A DNA stretch of 56,754 nucleotides, filler included, from Sphacelaria rigidula (GCA_964200075.2; 5 parts of 5 records of this genome joined end to end with filler, not necessarily neighbours in it); one strand, 5' to 3'. Shown: positions 12,361 through 24,844, counted from the first letter of the whole stretch. Numbers and translations: made by a program. Notes: generated by a model from the sequence alone, not told the origin.

Positions 12361-13039
12361 TGGAAAATGAGTCATGAAAGACAAACTCACCCGACCGGCA
12401 ACGCGCAGAAAACAGCGATCGACATAACTAAGTCATGTGAGAGGAAACGCGTGATCACGTGACACGTCTGCTGGTACACATAGCGTGAAGGGCCTCGTGG
12501 TATATACGCATATATCAATACTGACGCAGGTGTAATATGAAAGCATTTACAATTTACGAGTGTATAATACCAAAAATGCCCGTTTATATCGGTTTCACGG
12601 TTCTGGAGGGCCGGGCGGGGGAATGGGAGGGTGGTATTCTTACTCTTTACTATTCGTACATTTGACACTGGGTTAGGTAGACTTCGAGGGAGTTTCGCCA
12701 TTACACGCTTGATACACGTTGCATCACACTCCTCGAGTAGAGTCCACCCAACGTTTCCGACTTGCTTGGCACAAAAGGTTTCGCGAATGGTCTCTCAAAA
12801 GCACAGCTGGACTGAAAATTGTGTTTGTGCTTGATGCGGTGCCGGCTTCCACATCGATCGCCTATTGATAGCATCCTTTTTCTTGCGCCGTAGCGTCGCT
12901 GGAGTTCGTGGTGATGTCTTAGTGGACTATCGTATCGTGTGTCGCGTGCAAGGCAAGTCTCTACGATCGTCGTGCACACGCCAAGCGTGTGGGTGTGGAT
13001 GTGTGTGTGTGTGGAGGGGGGGGGTCACACAAACTGAGC

Positions 13040-13770
13040 GGTAAAGATGAGCTATCTCAAAACTCAGAACTCAGAACACAAAAGTGACGTGGCCGTGTTA
13101 TGCGTTAAGGGGTAAACATACATGATGAGTTCTTTCGGAACTTAGAACACAAACTTTCTCAGAACTCTGAACACGAACCTGAATGACCTGGCTGTGTCGC
13201 ATGAGTTAACGGGTAGAGGTGAGCTATCACAGAATTCAGAACACAAGCTTTCTCAGAACTCAGAACACGAACCTGAGTGACCTGGCTGTGTCGCATGAGT
13301 TAACGTGTAGAGGTGAGCTGTCACAGAACTCAGAACACAAAAGTAAGATGAGGTACACACACGCGGCCATTTGTCTAGCCCCCAAAATGCCCCCGGAGGG
13401 ATGCGCAGCCCTCCAGAGGCAAAACAAGCCTCCGGAGGCCTTCAATCCCTCTGAAGGAAATCAAACACTACCGACCTGGAGGGCTGCGCATCCCTTCGGA
13501 GAAATTTGGGGGTATGCGCGGCCCTTCAGAGGCAAAAATAAGGCTCCGGAGGCGTTCAAGCCCTCTGAAGAAAACCAAACAATCTCCTCTGGAGTGTCGC
13601 GCACCCCTCCGAAGGCGTTTATTTCCTCTGGAGGCTCGGAACGTTTACCCACCTGGAGGAATTTTGGAGCTAGCCAAATGGCCGCGTGTGTATCTCTGTG
13701 TACAGAATGAGTTGTTTCAGAACTCAGAACACATAACGGAGCTCCACATCACTCTTTATATTCTGTGATT
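13040..13770. repeat. TCAGAAC-rich repeat element with an internal tandem duplication, split by a MITE
   Basis: Repeated tcagaactcagaacac motifs. The block ...tgacctggctgtgtcgcatgagttaacg...agaggtgagct occurs twice within ~13150-13340. Confidence 0.6.
13356..13692. mobile_element. MITE with TIR CACACGCGGCCATTTGKCTAGC, TA-flanked
   Basis: About 30-bp inverted termini and internal CCTCTGGAGG subrepeats. A second family member is at 24408-24810. Confidence 0.8.
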
Positions 13771-13779
13771 TTTTATCCT

Positions 13780-14145
13780 ATACTTCACCCGGCCAGAATG
13801 TGCACCGCAGATTTAGCTTCTGTAGCTCCCCCGTCGAAGATATGTATCGAAGAGTTATCTTCTATAACTCACCTAACCAAGATATGTACCGATGACTTAT
13901 AATTTATAACTCACCTGCCCAAGATATGCATCGATGTGTTATCTTTTATAATTCACCCGGCCAGAATGTGCATAACTGAGTTATAGTTTATAACTCACCG
14001 GCCGGAATGCGCATAACTGAGTTATAGAATATATCTCGCCTGCCCGAGATATACATAATTGAGTTATAGATTTTAAATCACCTGCCCGAGATATGCATAA
14101 CTAAGTTGTTATAGTTTAGAACTCGCCCGGCCAGAGTGCGCATAA
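13780..14145. repeat. 42-bp tandem array, about 9 units, same unit and orientation as 11918-12360
   Basis: Same consensus unit. The array resumes at 14396-14435 after a MITE insertion. Confidence 0.9.
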
Positions 14146-14395
14146 GACTAATGCCGAGATAGCCCCCGCACAAAAAGTGCACCGGAGACCATCCAACGAA
14201 CCGGCTGCGATCCCACTATTGGGCTCGTTTGCAGTAATTTCGCCCACATGAGAGGCGTGTAGCAGTCCGAAATCAGCTGAAACGCCCAAATGAGTCGCGT
14301 CGTGCAGCGCGAAACCAGCTTTAACGGCAGTTATGATCATCGCCTCCGCGCACGTTTTTGGCCGGTTTGGGGGGGGGGCTATCTCGGCAGCAGTC
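14146..14395. mobile_element. MITE with TIR GACT..TGCCGAGATAGCCCCC and 4-bp TSD ATAA
   Basis: gactaatgccgagatagccccc / gggggctatctcggcagcagtc. ATAA is duplicated at 14142-14145 and 14396-14399, inside a 42-bp unit. Confidence 0.78.
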
Positions 14396-14492
14396 ATAAC
14401 TGAGTGATGCTGCTATAACTCACTGGTGAGTTATGCCAAAAAGAGTTAACTCGTGGTAATCTGAGTTGAGTTGTCCGACGTGGGAATATTTT

Positions 14493-14755
14493 TCAGCCAC
14501 TACCCTCCCGTTTTCAGGTCTCTGCATTTTCTTCTGCGTTTCTTTTTCGGATTCGACGTCGAACTCCATGTTATTTTTCGGTGTTACTATTTTACGGTAG
14601 TTCTCGACTAGCACTTCTCTCTTTCCCTTCGAGCTACGGACCATTTTACCGTTCTGTGCCTGGAGTGTGGTTATCCCCTTGTCTATCCTCCCTGCCTGGT
14701 TTCCCGATATCCCTTTCATCCCCACCCACATGCAAATCATCCTGCCATCGAAATC
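14493..14755 (-). mobile_element. Continuation of the LINE ORF2 relic (linker upstream of RT); a further piece lies at ~18881-18910
   Basis: MWVGMKGISGNQAGRIDKGITTLQAQNGKMVRSSKGKREVLVENYRK resembles the LINE EN-RT linker and is colinear with 11372-11879 once the insertions are removed. Confidence 0.7.
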
Positions 14756-15165
14756 TGTGCACTTGTGAGGTGTTTGGTGTGGCCGTGGCGCGCTATCTCG
14801 CAGTGCACCGCTTTATCGCGGAGCAAGGCAATTGTCACGAGATATCTCGATGGGTTGAGGGGACGACGTACCCGAGTGGGGCGCTGCATCGCCATGCTTT
14901 TCATTTTTCATTAAGACGTCACCCGCTTGTGCACAGCTCTATCTGAACTTTGTCGCTCTGAATCTCAGCCCTAAGTCTCAATAATAGAGCTTACAATATA
15001 TAGCCGCGGAGTCGTTCTGGCTCGACTGACCGCTGGCTACAGTACTGGTTCGCGGACCGTTCCTGTCTGTACTTTGTACTGAACCGTACTGGCTCTTACC
15101 AGGCTGGTTGACTACATGCCTGAGAATCTACATATGAGATCTATATCCGATATATCATCTGCACA
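14756..15165 (-). repeat. 3' LTR of the Copia element
   Basis: Direct repeat of 18475-18875 with TG...CA ends and an adjacent polypurine tract at 15166-15174. Confidence 0.92.
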
Positions 15166-16251
15166 CACTCCCCCATGATTGTACAGCGGTAACACCAGAG
15201 AGCTGATACGATCACACTCAACGTGCTAGATACGAGACAGATCAATCTTTCCATCGAATGCCACTGAAGTCACGTGGTGGACCTGGACCCTCCGGTCTCG
15301 TCCCGACTTCCGCTGCCGCTCCCGTTTTGATACCCTTCGTCGAGAGCGGCAGCTTGAAGGTTTGTTGGCTTTGTGCGAGGTTGTCCTTGCTCGGCATGCA
15401 TCCCGTACCCTTGGGTGGTCCCTTGGTCCCTCCATTGCCTTTATCGTTTCCTTCACCGCGGGCTATTCCTTCGCTTCTTCGTCAAGGCCAGAACTGTCCG
15501 CTCTCGGAACGATTACTTTCCCAAGCTATGCTCCTTCGTTATCGCCCAGCGTCTCCGGTGGTTCGGTGATTCGACCTTGTTCACGACCACCTCCGTTTGA
15601 GGAGGCTTGGTCCTCCATACCGACCTTCTGCTCGTTTCTTGTCTGGGATGCCTTGGTCGTTGAGCTGTCAGAGCGCTCGTCTGCGCTGGGAGTAGCATGA
15701 GTTACAGGCGCCGCCGGTGGCACCCGTGGTCCCAGCGGTTCACCGGCCTCTCCGCACTGAGGCTCGTTGCCCTTCCGTTAAATTTCTTCTTCCATGACCA
15801 CTTTCCATCTGTCAGCATCAGGTTTTGCCAGGGCTTCTTTCGCTGTCGACGGTTCCGGTAGTCCAGTGACGATTCCGCCCCCGAGCATGCAGAATGCGCG
15901 TTTGTCCTGATCTTGTCGAACGGTGGCGAGGAAATTTCGGGCATCAGAACTGTTGTCGCCCGAACTTCTGAAGCGTTGCTGTGCGTTGTCCCCTCGATGC
16001 CGCTGCGCTAGTCGACTGGACCTGCGCAGTCCACTATCCGGAGAAGGGCGTCTCGATGATGGCGGATCCTGAGGTGGCTGTCCACCACGGCCATCATCGT
16101 CATCGATTGGCGCTGCTTGATCTTCTTCTAATGGTTCGTCCTCGTCAGCACTGAGTTCGACCGCCTTCAGCTCCCCTACAATGTCCAGAATCTTGGCCTC
16201 TAATTTTAACTCGATGTGTGAAGACTTAACGAGCTTTCATTCCTGTATGAG

Positions 16252-17512
16252 CTATACATACCAGCAGAGAGAGTGGTGATCGTGTCCCGCCAAGATGTCC
16301 CGCTTCGCATATGGGTGGAACTTTGCAGCGGCGCCGTGTGGCTGCTTGTGCTGATGCACGAAACACTCGGATCTCCAAGTACAAAGCCGGTCGTAGTTGA
16401 AAGGCTCTCGTGTCAGCCTCTCACATGGGATCTCGCCCCCGCGGTACTCGTGGGGCATCCCTGCGGTCTTGAATGCCGCGTGCGCCACAGCAATGAACCA
16501 GTAGCCCTCTCCGCGTCCCGCTTTCACCAGTTGGCTGCGTGCTATCCTCACCAGTTGTTGAATTTCACGTTCAGCAATCCCGTTACTTTGCGGTGTCCTT
16601 GGCGGTGAGTAGCGCCATTTGATGCCGCGATTGGTCAGCATGCGTTGACATTTGACGGATCGTTCAAGCTCCCCAGCGCTGTCTCCGCTGATGTATTTGA
16701 TGGTCACTCCCTCACGCCCCATTTCGTCGATATAGGCTCCCGTGGCGTCAGTGGCAGCATCCGTGTCTTGAGTCCAACAACGTGCTTGTCTCGACTGGCC
16801 TTTCCCACAAAAACCTGAAAGTATTTCATGTCCGTGACATCGGCGTGGAAAGGGCCTTCAGGATCAGTGTGCACAACTATACCTGGTGCTATGGGACTCC
16901 TGCCGCCGCGGCCGTAGCTGAGCGCCTCGGACTTGTATTTCTTACAGACGCTGCAGCGCATCTCGGACGCGACCGTGGTGTCAGTGACATCTATTAGCCC
17001 ACGCTTCTCGAGGTGTTTTATGGCAGCCGGATCGATGTATCCTAGGGTGTCGTGCCACTGCTTCAGTGTGAGGCACTACTTCTTGTTTGCAAACGAAGAG
17101 TGTGCCGACGCTGCATGTTTGGCATCTCCCTGCAGCGATGCCGACAGGGTCAGGAACTCTTTATTCTCGACTAGGGGGATCTTTGGTCCATCATTTCTGA
17201 ACCGAAATTAGCTCTCCTTCTTGCCGGAATCCACGAATTTTCCTTCGTCACGCCGAATCGTTCCGGTACTCAGCAGCCGGCAAGGTTGTCCAGGAACCCG
17301 AAGTACGTCCTTCAGTGTGACCTTTGTCGCGGAGCCTCCTTTCCCCGAGCGCCCTCGTGCAAAGGGATCTCTCCCATTGCCAGCGCCTGCAGTTGTCCCT
17401 TGTTCCCAAATGTACAGCTTCGATTGACCTCACGTGTATTGTTGAGATCCTGTTCGCAGGGAGTCATGTAGACATTCGCTCCCGCGTGGCAGAGAATCAA
17501 TACCTCTGTCAC
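16252..17512 (-). pseudogene. Copia pol relic: protease, GAG-pre-integrase and integrase core, frameshifted
   Basis: ORF pieces 17312-17512, 16704-16961 and 16252-16722 carry rve motifs in different frames. Confidence 0.88.
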
Positions 17513-18474
17513 TGTTGGTCGACATGCCCATGGATACTACTCGGTCACCTTCGACTACCACGCTCATGATCATGAATGCCTGCGGTCTGTCCCTCCTCCC
17601 ATTACTTCTACCGTTTTGTGCAGGAGGTGGGGACGTTCGTGCGGGGCTCATCGCCGGCGGTCAATCAGCCGGAGGTTTGCCGGTGAGGTAGGGTGACACT
17701 CCCGCCACATATGATTTCGCTGTAAACAGTAGGGACATTGATTGCTATCGAGCGCCGAGTCGGGTTCTTCGCCGTCAGTTCTTGATTGGAACGCTACTGC
17801 TTTATCGCGGCGTTGCAGGTCAGACGTTAGGTATGCCGATGATGCTATGACTGCTCGTTTTGGCTCATCGTACGCCATACCTGGCTGAGTTGTTAGCTGG
17901 ATGAATACTTGTGGAAGCGCCTCCTTGACCCTGAGTAAAAGGGCTACCCTCTTCTTCTCCTCGGCTTTGGCGTTTCCAAGCGCTTCGAATTACCCCCAGA
18001 TGGTGTCCAGCTCCATCAAAACATCTGCTCATTCTTCTGCAGGATTGCTTTGGAGATCCCGCCGTCTTCGTTCCAATGCAAGTAGTTGCACGAGCCGCTC
18101 GTCCTGTGCACGTCCTCCGTAAATTCGTTCCATGTCCAGTCAGGCTTCCCTGCCGTCAGAGTTGTCGCCGTGCTCGCATCGTGCGACGATGGCTGCGGCT
18201 GACTTTTTCGTAGCCTGTGCCAGGAGGAATCATAAGGACTGTACATTGCGTTGGTGCGTTTCGTACGCCCTACGCGGATCGAGTGTTGTGGTCACTGTAG
18301 GAACGGTCGGTGTAGTGTAATCCGGTCGCAGCAGGCGGGATAGTCCCTCCCCCCCCGCGTATCCAACGATGGAAAGTCCCCATGCATCCCATGTTTCTCG
18401 CGAGTGCCCACGAGCGCCCGTCCAGACTAGCAACTCGCGTGGGTCTGCCTCCATACTCCTCGAGGCTCATAACC

Positions 18475-18875
18475 TGTGCATTTGCGAGGTGTTTGGTGTT
18501 GCCGTGGCGCGCTTCCTCTGCGTTTTATAGCGAAGCAAGGCAATTGTCACGAGATATCTCGATGGGTTGAGCAGACGACGAACCCGAGTGGGGCGCTGCA
18601 TCGCCGTGCTTGTTATTATCCATTCAGACGTTACCCGCTTGTGCACAGCTTTATCTGAACCTTGTCTATGGATCTCAGCTTCAAGCCCCAATAATAGAGC
18701 TCACAATATATAGCCGCGGAGCTGTTCTGGCTCGACTGACCACTGGCTACAGTACTGGTTCCCAGACCGTTCCTGTCGGTACTTTGTACTGAACCGTACT
18801 GGCTCCGAACAGGCTGATTGACTACATGCCTGAGAATCTACTGATGAGATTCATGTCCGAAACATAATCTGCACA
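18475..18875 (-). repeat. 5' LTR of the Copia element, followed by the PBS at 18464-18474
   Basis: Direct repeat of 14756-15165. GGTTATGAGCC immediately downstream on the minus strand resembles the Copia half-tRNA-Met PBS. Confidence 0.92.
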
Positions 18876-19074
18876 AAACCTTCCCATCTTTTCTGTACCA
18901 TACTTTTAAACCCTTCCGATCTACCTGGGAAAACAGGGAGGCGCTGAGCGCTCCTCCTTGGTCAAGTAATTGTTGATCGATTGCCCTTTTCCAAAAGGAG
19001 GTATCAACATGGAATCCACACCCCAGCTTTAGTTTTCTTTTGTCCTGTTTTCTACGACCGACTTGATTAGACCG

Positions 19075-19945
19075 ACCCCTCGCAACAGCTGCGAAACAAA
19101 ATATTTACCGGCTCGGACAACTTAGGTGAGGTTCTATATTTTTCCGGCCACACTCAGTATGTCAGCGACGGAACTACATGACGTGTCCTGGGGGCATTCG
19201 TGCTTCAACAACTCGCAGGTTTTTTGGATCTTTCGGGTGGGTACAGAAATGCGCATGTTGTGAGTGTTGATCATGTACCCTAACGCCTTCACGGTGGTAT
19301 CCTAATCGGTACTTTTACCTGGTGCGATGCCGAACTAAAATCATGGATGATGCGGATCTTGCTGGTGACAACTGCTCCTAGTGGAGCTACTCGTAAGTGC
19401 CTAATTTCTGGGGCCGCTGATCGGTTAACAACCAAACATCTGTTCCTCCTCACGTCTTCCGTCAATTGTTTTCAGACATGTGGGGTGTGACCGTCGATAC
19501 TACTGTGGTTACCATATTCGAGTGCTCGTCTCAAGTCCGGTGCAGTATCTGTCGTGTCTATCGGTACACCGTGTTCGAGCATGTTCGTAAGTTTGTCTGT
19601 TTCCGGGAAACGTTTCACTGCTCCAAAATGGTGGTGTACTTCACGGAGGTTCATCGGCGGTGACACCAGAGTGCCGCCGAGCCTTCCCGCCACGTCTCCA
19701 AGGTTCCCGATATGGTGTCTCATTAATTCTGTGCATGTCAAAGCCATTTCTTCTTTGATGGATTTTGTTTTGAATAATTCTTGTGGTGCTGCCGAGAGTT
19801 CTCTTTTTTTCTTCTTTTCCCCACGTGTTCGCAATCTGGTTTTAATAATGTTTTCGTGTATGTATTGTGATCCTGCGCGAGACGTTGAACACGTCCACCC
19901 GTCGTTTATTTCTATCCTACTCAGGTTTGTCCCGTCAAGCACTAG
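19075..19945 (-). mobile_element. Tyrosine-recombinase (DIRS/Ngaro-like) retrotransposon RT relic
   Basis: LEHGVPID...LEYGNHSS...LTEDVRRNRCLV...LRVAPLGAVVTSKIRIIHDFS, then GKSTD*DTTVKALGYMINTHNMRISVPTRK...LSVAGKI*NLT*VVRAGKYF. These resemble YR-retroelement RT N- and C-terminal parts, with stops and a central deletion. Confidence 0.68.
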
Positions 19946-19954
19946 TGGCGGGGG

Positions 19955-20660
19955 TTAATGAGGAAATGGCCTCGCTTCTTTCTCTCTCCGGGTACTAGTA
20001 CGCGCTTCGATTGACCCATTTTGGGTCTGCACTCAGCGTACACTACAACTCGAGTTTGTCCCGACTGTTGACGGAGGGTGACAAGGACATGACCTCGTTT
20101 CTTTTTCTCTCCGGGTACTTGTACGCGCCTTGAGTGACCCATTCTGGGTATGCACGCGGCTTGTACTAGTACTCGAATTTGTCCCGACCGTTGACGAAGG
20201 GTGAAAAGGACATGACCTTGTTTCTTTTTCTCTCCGGGTACTTGTACGCGCTTCGATTGACCCATTCTGGGTCTGCACTCGGCTTGTACTAATACTCAGA
20301 TCTGACCCGGCCATAGACTGAGGGTGACAAGGACATGACCTCGTTTCTTTTTCTCTCCGGGTCCTGGTACGCGCTTTGATTGACCCACTCTGGGTATGCA
20401 CTCAGCTTGTACTACAACTCGGATCTGTCCCGGCCATAGACGGAGGGTGACAAGGACATGACCTCGTTTCTTTTTCTCTCCGGGTACTTGTACGCGCTTT
20501 GATTGACCCATTCTGGGTCTGCACTCAGCTTGTACTTCAACTCGAATCTGTCCCGGCCATAGACGGGGGGTGACAAGGAAATGGCCTCGTTTTTTTTCTC
20601 TCCGGGTACTTGTACGCGCTTCGATTGACCCATTCTGGGTCTGCGCTCGGCTTTTACTAC
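19955..20660. repeat. 123-bp tandem array, about 5.7 units
   Basis: The unit ...gggtgacaaggacatgacctcgtttctttttctctccgggtacttgtacgcgc... recurs about every 123 nt and translates as 41-aa repeats. Confidence 0.92.
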
Positions 20661-22642
20661 ACGGGTGGCCACTGGGGTGCCTGTAACCTTGAAGTTGGAC
20701 GTTACAGACCTTGTGCAACGTCCGTAACGTCCAACTTTGAGGTTGCAGGTATGTCATGGTACGATACTCACTACCTAGGTAGGGAGGTGCCAGTTCAGTG
20801 GGCACCGGGGCTAGCAGGCCCAAACACAGTCTTTAGTATCGAAGCCATTGAGTTCGACGTAACCAAGTGTAAAGCCAGCCACCGCACCAGTGGTCAGGTG
20901 TCATGCCATGAGCCGCGCAGGCTGCAGCACAACATGTGTTGCATGAAGGTCAGGCGTACATTGGTGGAGACCAGAGAATCCTCTGAGGTAGCAGTCCATG
21001 ATGGCGTAGATGCTCTTGTATTATTGGTGTACAGGCTAACTTGTGTTTTGCTAGTTGAGATGCATAGTCCAAAACGCTGTGACCCAAGGGGGGCCGCCAA
21101 GTCAATCCAATGACAGAATATAGTATGACCCATCAGGTACAAAGCATGACAAAGTATGACGCATGGAACGTAGTCGACTGGAACATGACCAATTAATCCG
21201 TAACATCCCCCTAGCCGTATTTATATGGCTAAACACAAATTTATTGGAGGGCTGGAAGGGCCAGAACAAGACAAAGCTTGTGCATCATACACCTGGAAGT
21301 AAAACAAGAAACACCTGCTGAATTACAGTACAGGGGAAAACTCGTTGCAGATCTAATGAATGGGTAAACCCTGATAAGCAGGGAAAAACTCCATCCGTTA
21401 GGAAAGGAAAAAATCTATAACGCCCTTTCCAACGACAGAAACAGCAGCCAAGTACGGTTGCTGTCGGTTTCCCGGGATCTCAGTTATACTGGAGAACGAT
21501 CGGCTAGTTAGCGTGATCGCGCGTCGACACCCTGGATCAGTTACACTGGATTCTAGGGTAGTGCGGTGCTTAAACCTCGCTAAAAACAACCTTTCCGCGA
21601 ACTGATCAATAGTTACAGGAACGCAGCTTGTGAGGGGTGCTCTTCTGTAACTACCGACACCTATTCTACTGGAAATAGAGCCCACGCGCCTTGGCTCACA
21701 CATGTGCCCGTATATTACCAAAATGGGAAGCAATCAATAACCAAGCGGCACAAGAAAAAGACAAGGAACACTCGAAATTCATGACTGAAGCGTACGGTAG
21801 CACCAATATATAGTTATGTCTTCCCTTATTTCACTACCGTATTCCTCTCGCAATGATATCGTATACCACATTACACAACAGCCATTCGTACATGTTCATG
21901 GCTGCAGTCTATCTTCGGCTCCTCCGTGTCAGCTTGGGGCGCTCAACTTCCAAACGAGATGGCTGTTCCAGTCTGCATCTTCGTATCGTACTCGCCGAAA
22001 GAAATTCCCATAATCATACACGTGGTGCTTCAGCTCGGCACTGCTGTAGCCTTTCCAGGAGGTAGCACCTATGGCGAGGTGCTTTGAGTGCGATGGCGGG
22101 GTCGAAGAAACTGTGTGGTGATACAGGTGCAAAAGGCTTATGACGCGGTATGGGGCAATGGGCTATGGGAGAATATACGAGGAACTGTGGTCAAAAGAAA
22201 AAGTGTGGACGATGAAGACGACAGAAATGTGCCAAAAGGGCGATGATGGTAGACAGGTAAATATCGAAATATTTCGATATTTTGCAAGGAGTCGCACCAG
22301 GATGTACGCTATCACCCTCTCTACTCGAGGTATTCTTTGATGACCTGATACTAGCATTAGACATTGCAAAGCAAGGGGTAAGTTGCTAAAGAAATTGGAA
22401 GCAGTGCAGATAATGATAATGATAATACGTTGATGCGGAAACGGTGCAAATGGCAGCTGGTGAAAGAATACTTGGATGCAATAAAATTGGCGAACGAGTT
22501 GTGAACAGTACAGATTGCAACAGCTCAGAGAATATTTGGATGCAGTGAAGTTGGTGAAGGGGTTGGGAATAGTGCAGATTACAGCAGCTAGGGGAATTAC
22601 GTGGATGCTCGAAACAAATGAGTACGCCCCCCCCCCCCCTAC

Positions 22643-22742
22643 NNNNNNNNNNNNNNNNNNNNNNNNNNNNNNNNNNNNNNNNNNNNTTAATTAATTAANN
22701 NNNNNNNNNNNNNNNNNNNNNNNNNNNNNNNNNNNNNNNNNN
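22643..22742. other. Artificial spacer N44-TTAATTAATTAA-N44
   Basis: Identical linker. Confidence 0.97.
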
Positions 22743-24407
22743 CCGGCATTGTAGGGATGGGAGGTCAATGGTCTTATGACTATGGCATGCATGATCATGA
22801 GTACACCTCCCCCCTCATTCGTCCAATGGGGTGAAACAAAAACGCGCAAAACAAAATGATAGTATATTCGGTGTCTCAACTGATGTGTTTCTCTCGTTCG
22901 TTGTGTACACCCGCAAGTAGTAGTAGTAGGGTACACCTTCTGTTTCCTTTGCTTGATAGTAGTAGCAGGCGCCCTACTTCAGTGGGTAGGTAGCGAGCAA
23001 CCAAGACCCTTGCCAACATTACACTGCGACGCGCGTTGTTGCAATCCACATCCATCGGGTCTGTACGGGCCCTCTCCGTGCTTTCCTCGCTTGAAAGGTA
23101 CCGCTGCAAGTATGTTTTCGCTCAGCGATACTGTACTGTACCGTAGAACCTCGCTACAAACAGGAGCAAAGTACTCTTGGTGCGCTTAGAAATATTGGCG
23201 TCGTGGCGCTTACTGTAGAAATATTGGCGTCTCGCTGCCCCCGGGGCCAGGACGCCAGCGGTCCAACGTGACTTGGCATAGGCTCACTAGTTATGTGGAT
23301 GAAGCCAAGCCATTCATAATGACTTGGATGTACTGTGGTCATACTGTATAGACTCGATACAAAAAGCGACAACTACTTGGCTCTAGACTGCGAATAAGAT
23401 CCAACAACTTGGGGGTCAAGTATACAGGTACATTTTGGTGCTTTGACATTGGGATTGTGCGACTATTATCATGACTTAGGTTGAGCATAGTCGATCATCA
23501 CTACGTGAATGCAATGTGGTCAGCCTAAATCCCATACTTGTCCTTGTTGAATAGCGACGTACACACACACTGGATAATGGCCCTACACATCGGGGGCGCA
23601 CGAGCTTCCCTGGATACCACCGCCCGCAAATCACCAAATTTTTATTGTATGATCCTCAAAAATCGGTGAGCTCGTACCTACCTCGTTCAAAATTCAATGA
23701 CAGGTCATGTTTTCTACGGAAAATCGTGTCGAGTGTTCATGTCTCTCGATTCCCAGTATTTGAGACCAAACAGAAACCGTGATGATGATGAGTCGTGGTA
23801 ACCGAAAAAACTGAAAAACAAAATCGCTTTCAATCGAAAACGTTTTGGTTCAAGTTTGACTACTCTATTCAGGCCAACTGTACCGGAAAACAAAAGGCGA
23901 AACGATAGGAAGGTCACCAACAGCTTAGCTCGGGAAACTAAGCAGCTGTTATGGAAGAATCGCTCTGGGCGCGCAGATGCGTGCTGTGCTGTGGCATGCT
24001 ACACCATGCTGTCTCGGGCTGCAGTGTACACGCCCGGAGTTTTCCCGAAGATTCCCACGAACATGCGGGGCGACTCGTCCGTAGTGGTGCTGTATTCTCA
24101 GGTCTCCGCGGTTTTGTATACAGTATATTCAGGCCACCTGTTCCTCAGAACACAACATAAGACCACGAAGGCTGTCAATAACACAGCTCGGGAATATAAA
24201 TGTGTAGAAGCGGCGCTCTGGGTACGCAGACGCGTGTACTGTACTATATTTGATGTGTTGTGTGTTACGCGTGAGTATAACATTTGAAATTGGGTTTGCT
24301 GTGGGTTTGGCCCTGAAGGCGTTCGCGACTCGCACGCTCTTGTCTGCCTGCCCCATCTGCGAAAAGGCTGCGCCACGGAAGGGTCGCGCCCCATTGAATT
24401 GTAAGTG

Positions 24408-24810
24408 CACACGCGGCCATTCGGCTACCCCCATGAACATCCTCTATCGCGATTTTCATCCTCTCGAGGGTAAAGTGACCCCCCGGAGGATAACAATACC
24501 CTTTGAAGGGTATTTCATACTCAGTTCCGGTCATGAAACAAATCCGCTGGAGGACAACTGATGCTCCAGTGACTTCTGAGGTCTGAATCCCTCGAGAGTA
24601 ACAAAACAAATGGTGCTCTGGAGGGCTGCGCATCCTCCATGTTCCTCCAGAGGGGTGCGCGGCCCTCCAGAGGCAAAACAAGCCTCTGGAGGCGTTTGAT
24701 CCCACCCCTCTGGAGGACCACGCACCCTCTAAAGGCGTTGAATTCCTCTGGAGGCTCGAGAAGTTTACCGGAACGGAGTATTTTTGGGGGTAGCCGAATC
24801 GCCGCGTGTG
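24408..24810. mobile_element. MITE, same family as 13356-13692
   Basis: Inverted termini cacacgcggccattcggctacccc / gggggtagccgaatcgccgcgtgtg, with shared internal ccctccagaggcaaaacaagcctc. Confidence 0.8.
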
Positions 24811-24844
24811 TGGTAAACATGTTTTCATTATTTATGTTAATTGA

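Larger units (their letters stand above)
11880..14484. mobile_element. Non-autonomous TIR DNA transposon with 8-bp TSD (hAT-like), 42-bp tandem arrays and nested insertions
   Basis: TIRs CACACGTCCGACAACTC / GAGTTGTCCGACGTGGG. TSD AATATTTT at 11872-11879 and 14485-14492. Removing the element rejoins the LINE sequence. Confidence 0.8.
14756..18875 (-). mobile_element. Ty1/Copia LTR retrotransposon, degenerate, lacking recognisable RT/RNase H
   Basis: Two ~400-bp LTRs TGTGCA...TGCACA, 5-bp TSD AAATC/AAACC, PBS GGTTATGAGCC and PPT GGGGGAGTG. Domain order is gag knuckle (CPYCLQRNHMWREC), protease (AGANVYMTP), WHDTLGY/CSVC, integrase (VHTD...ISGDSAGE...PPRTPQSNGIAER). Confidence 0.93.

Noticed and set aside
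11918..14435. 42-bp periodic arrays as a CRISPR-like array
   Set aside because: The units are contiguous variants of one sequence with no unique spacers, lie inside a TIR element, and no cas genes are present.
19955..20823. Repeat ORFs as host genes
   Set aside because: They are translations of a 123-bp tandem array, broken by frameshifts and adjacent to a retroelement relic.
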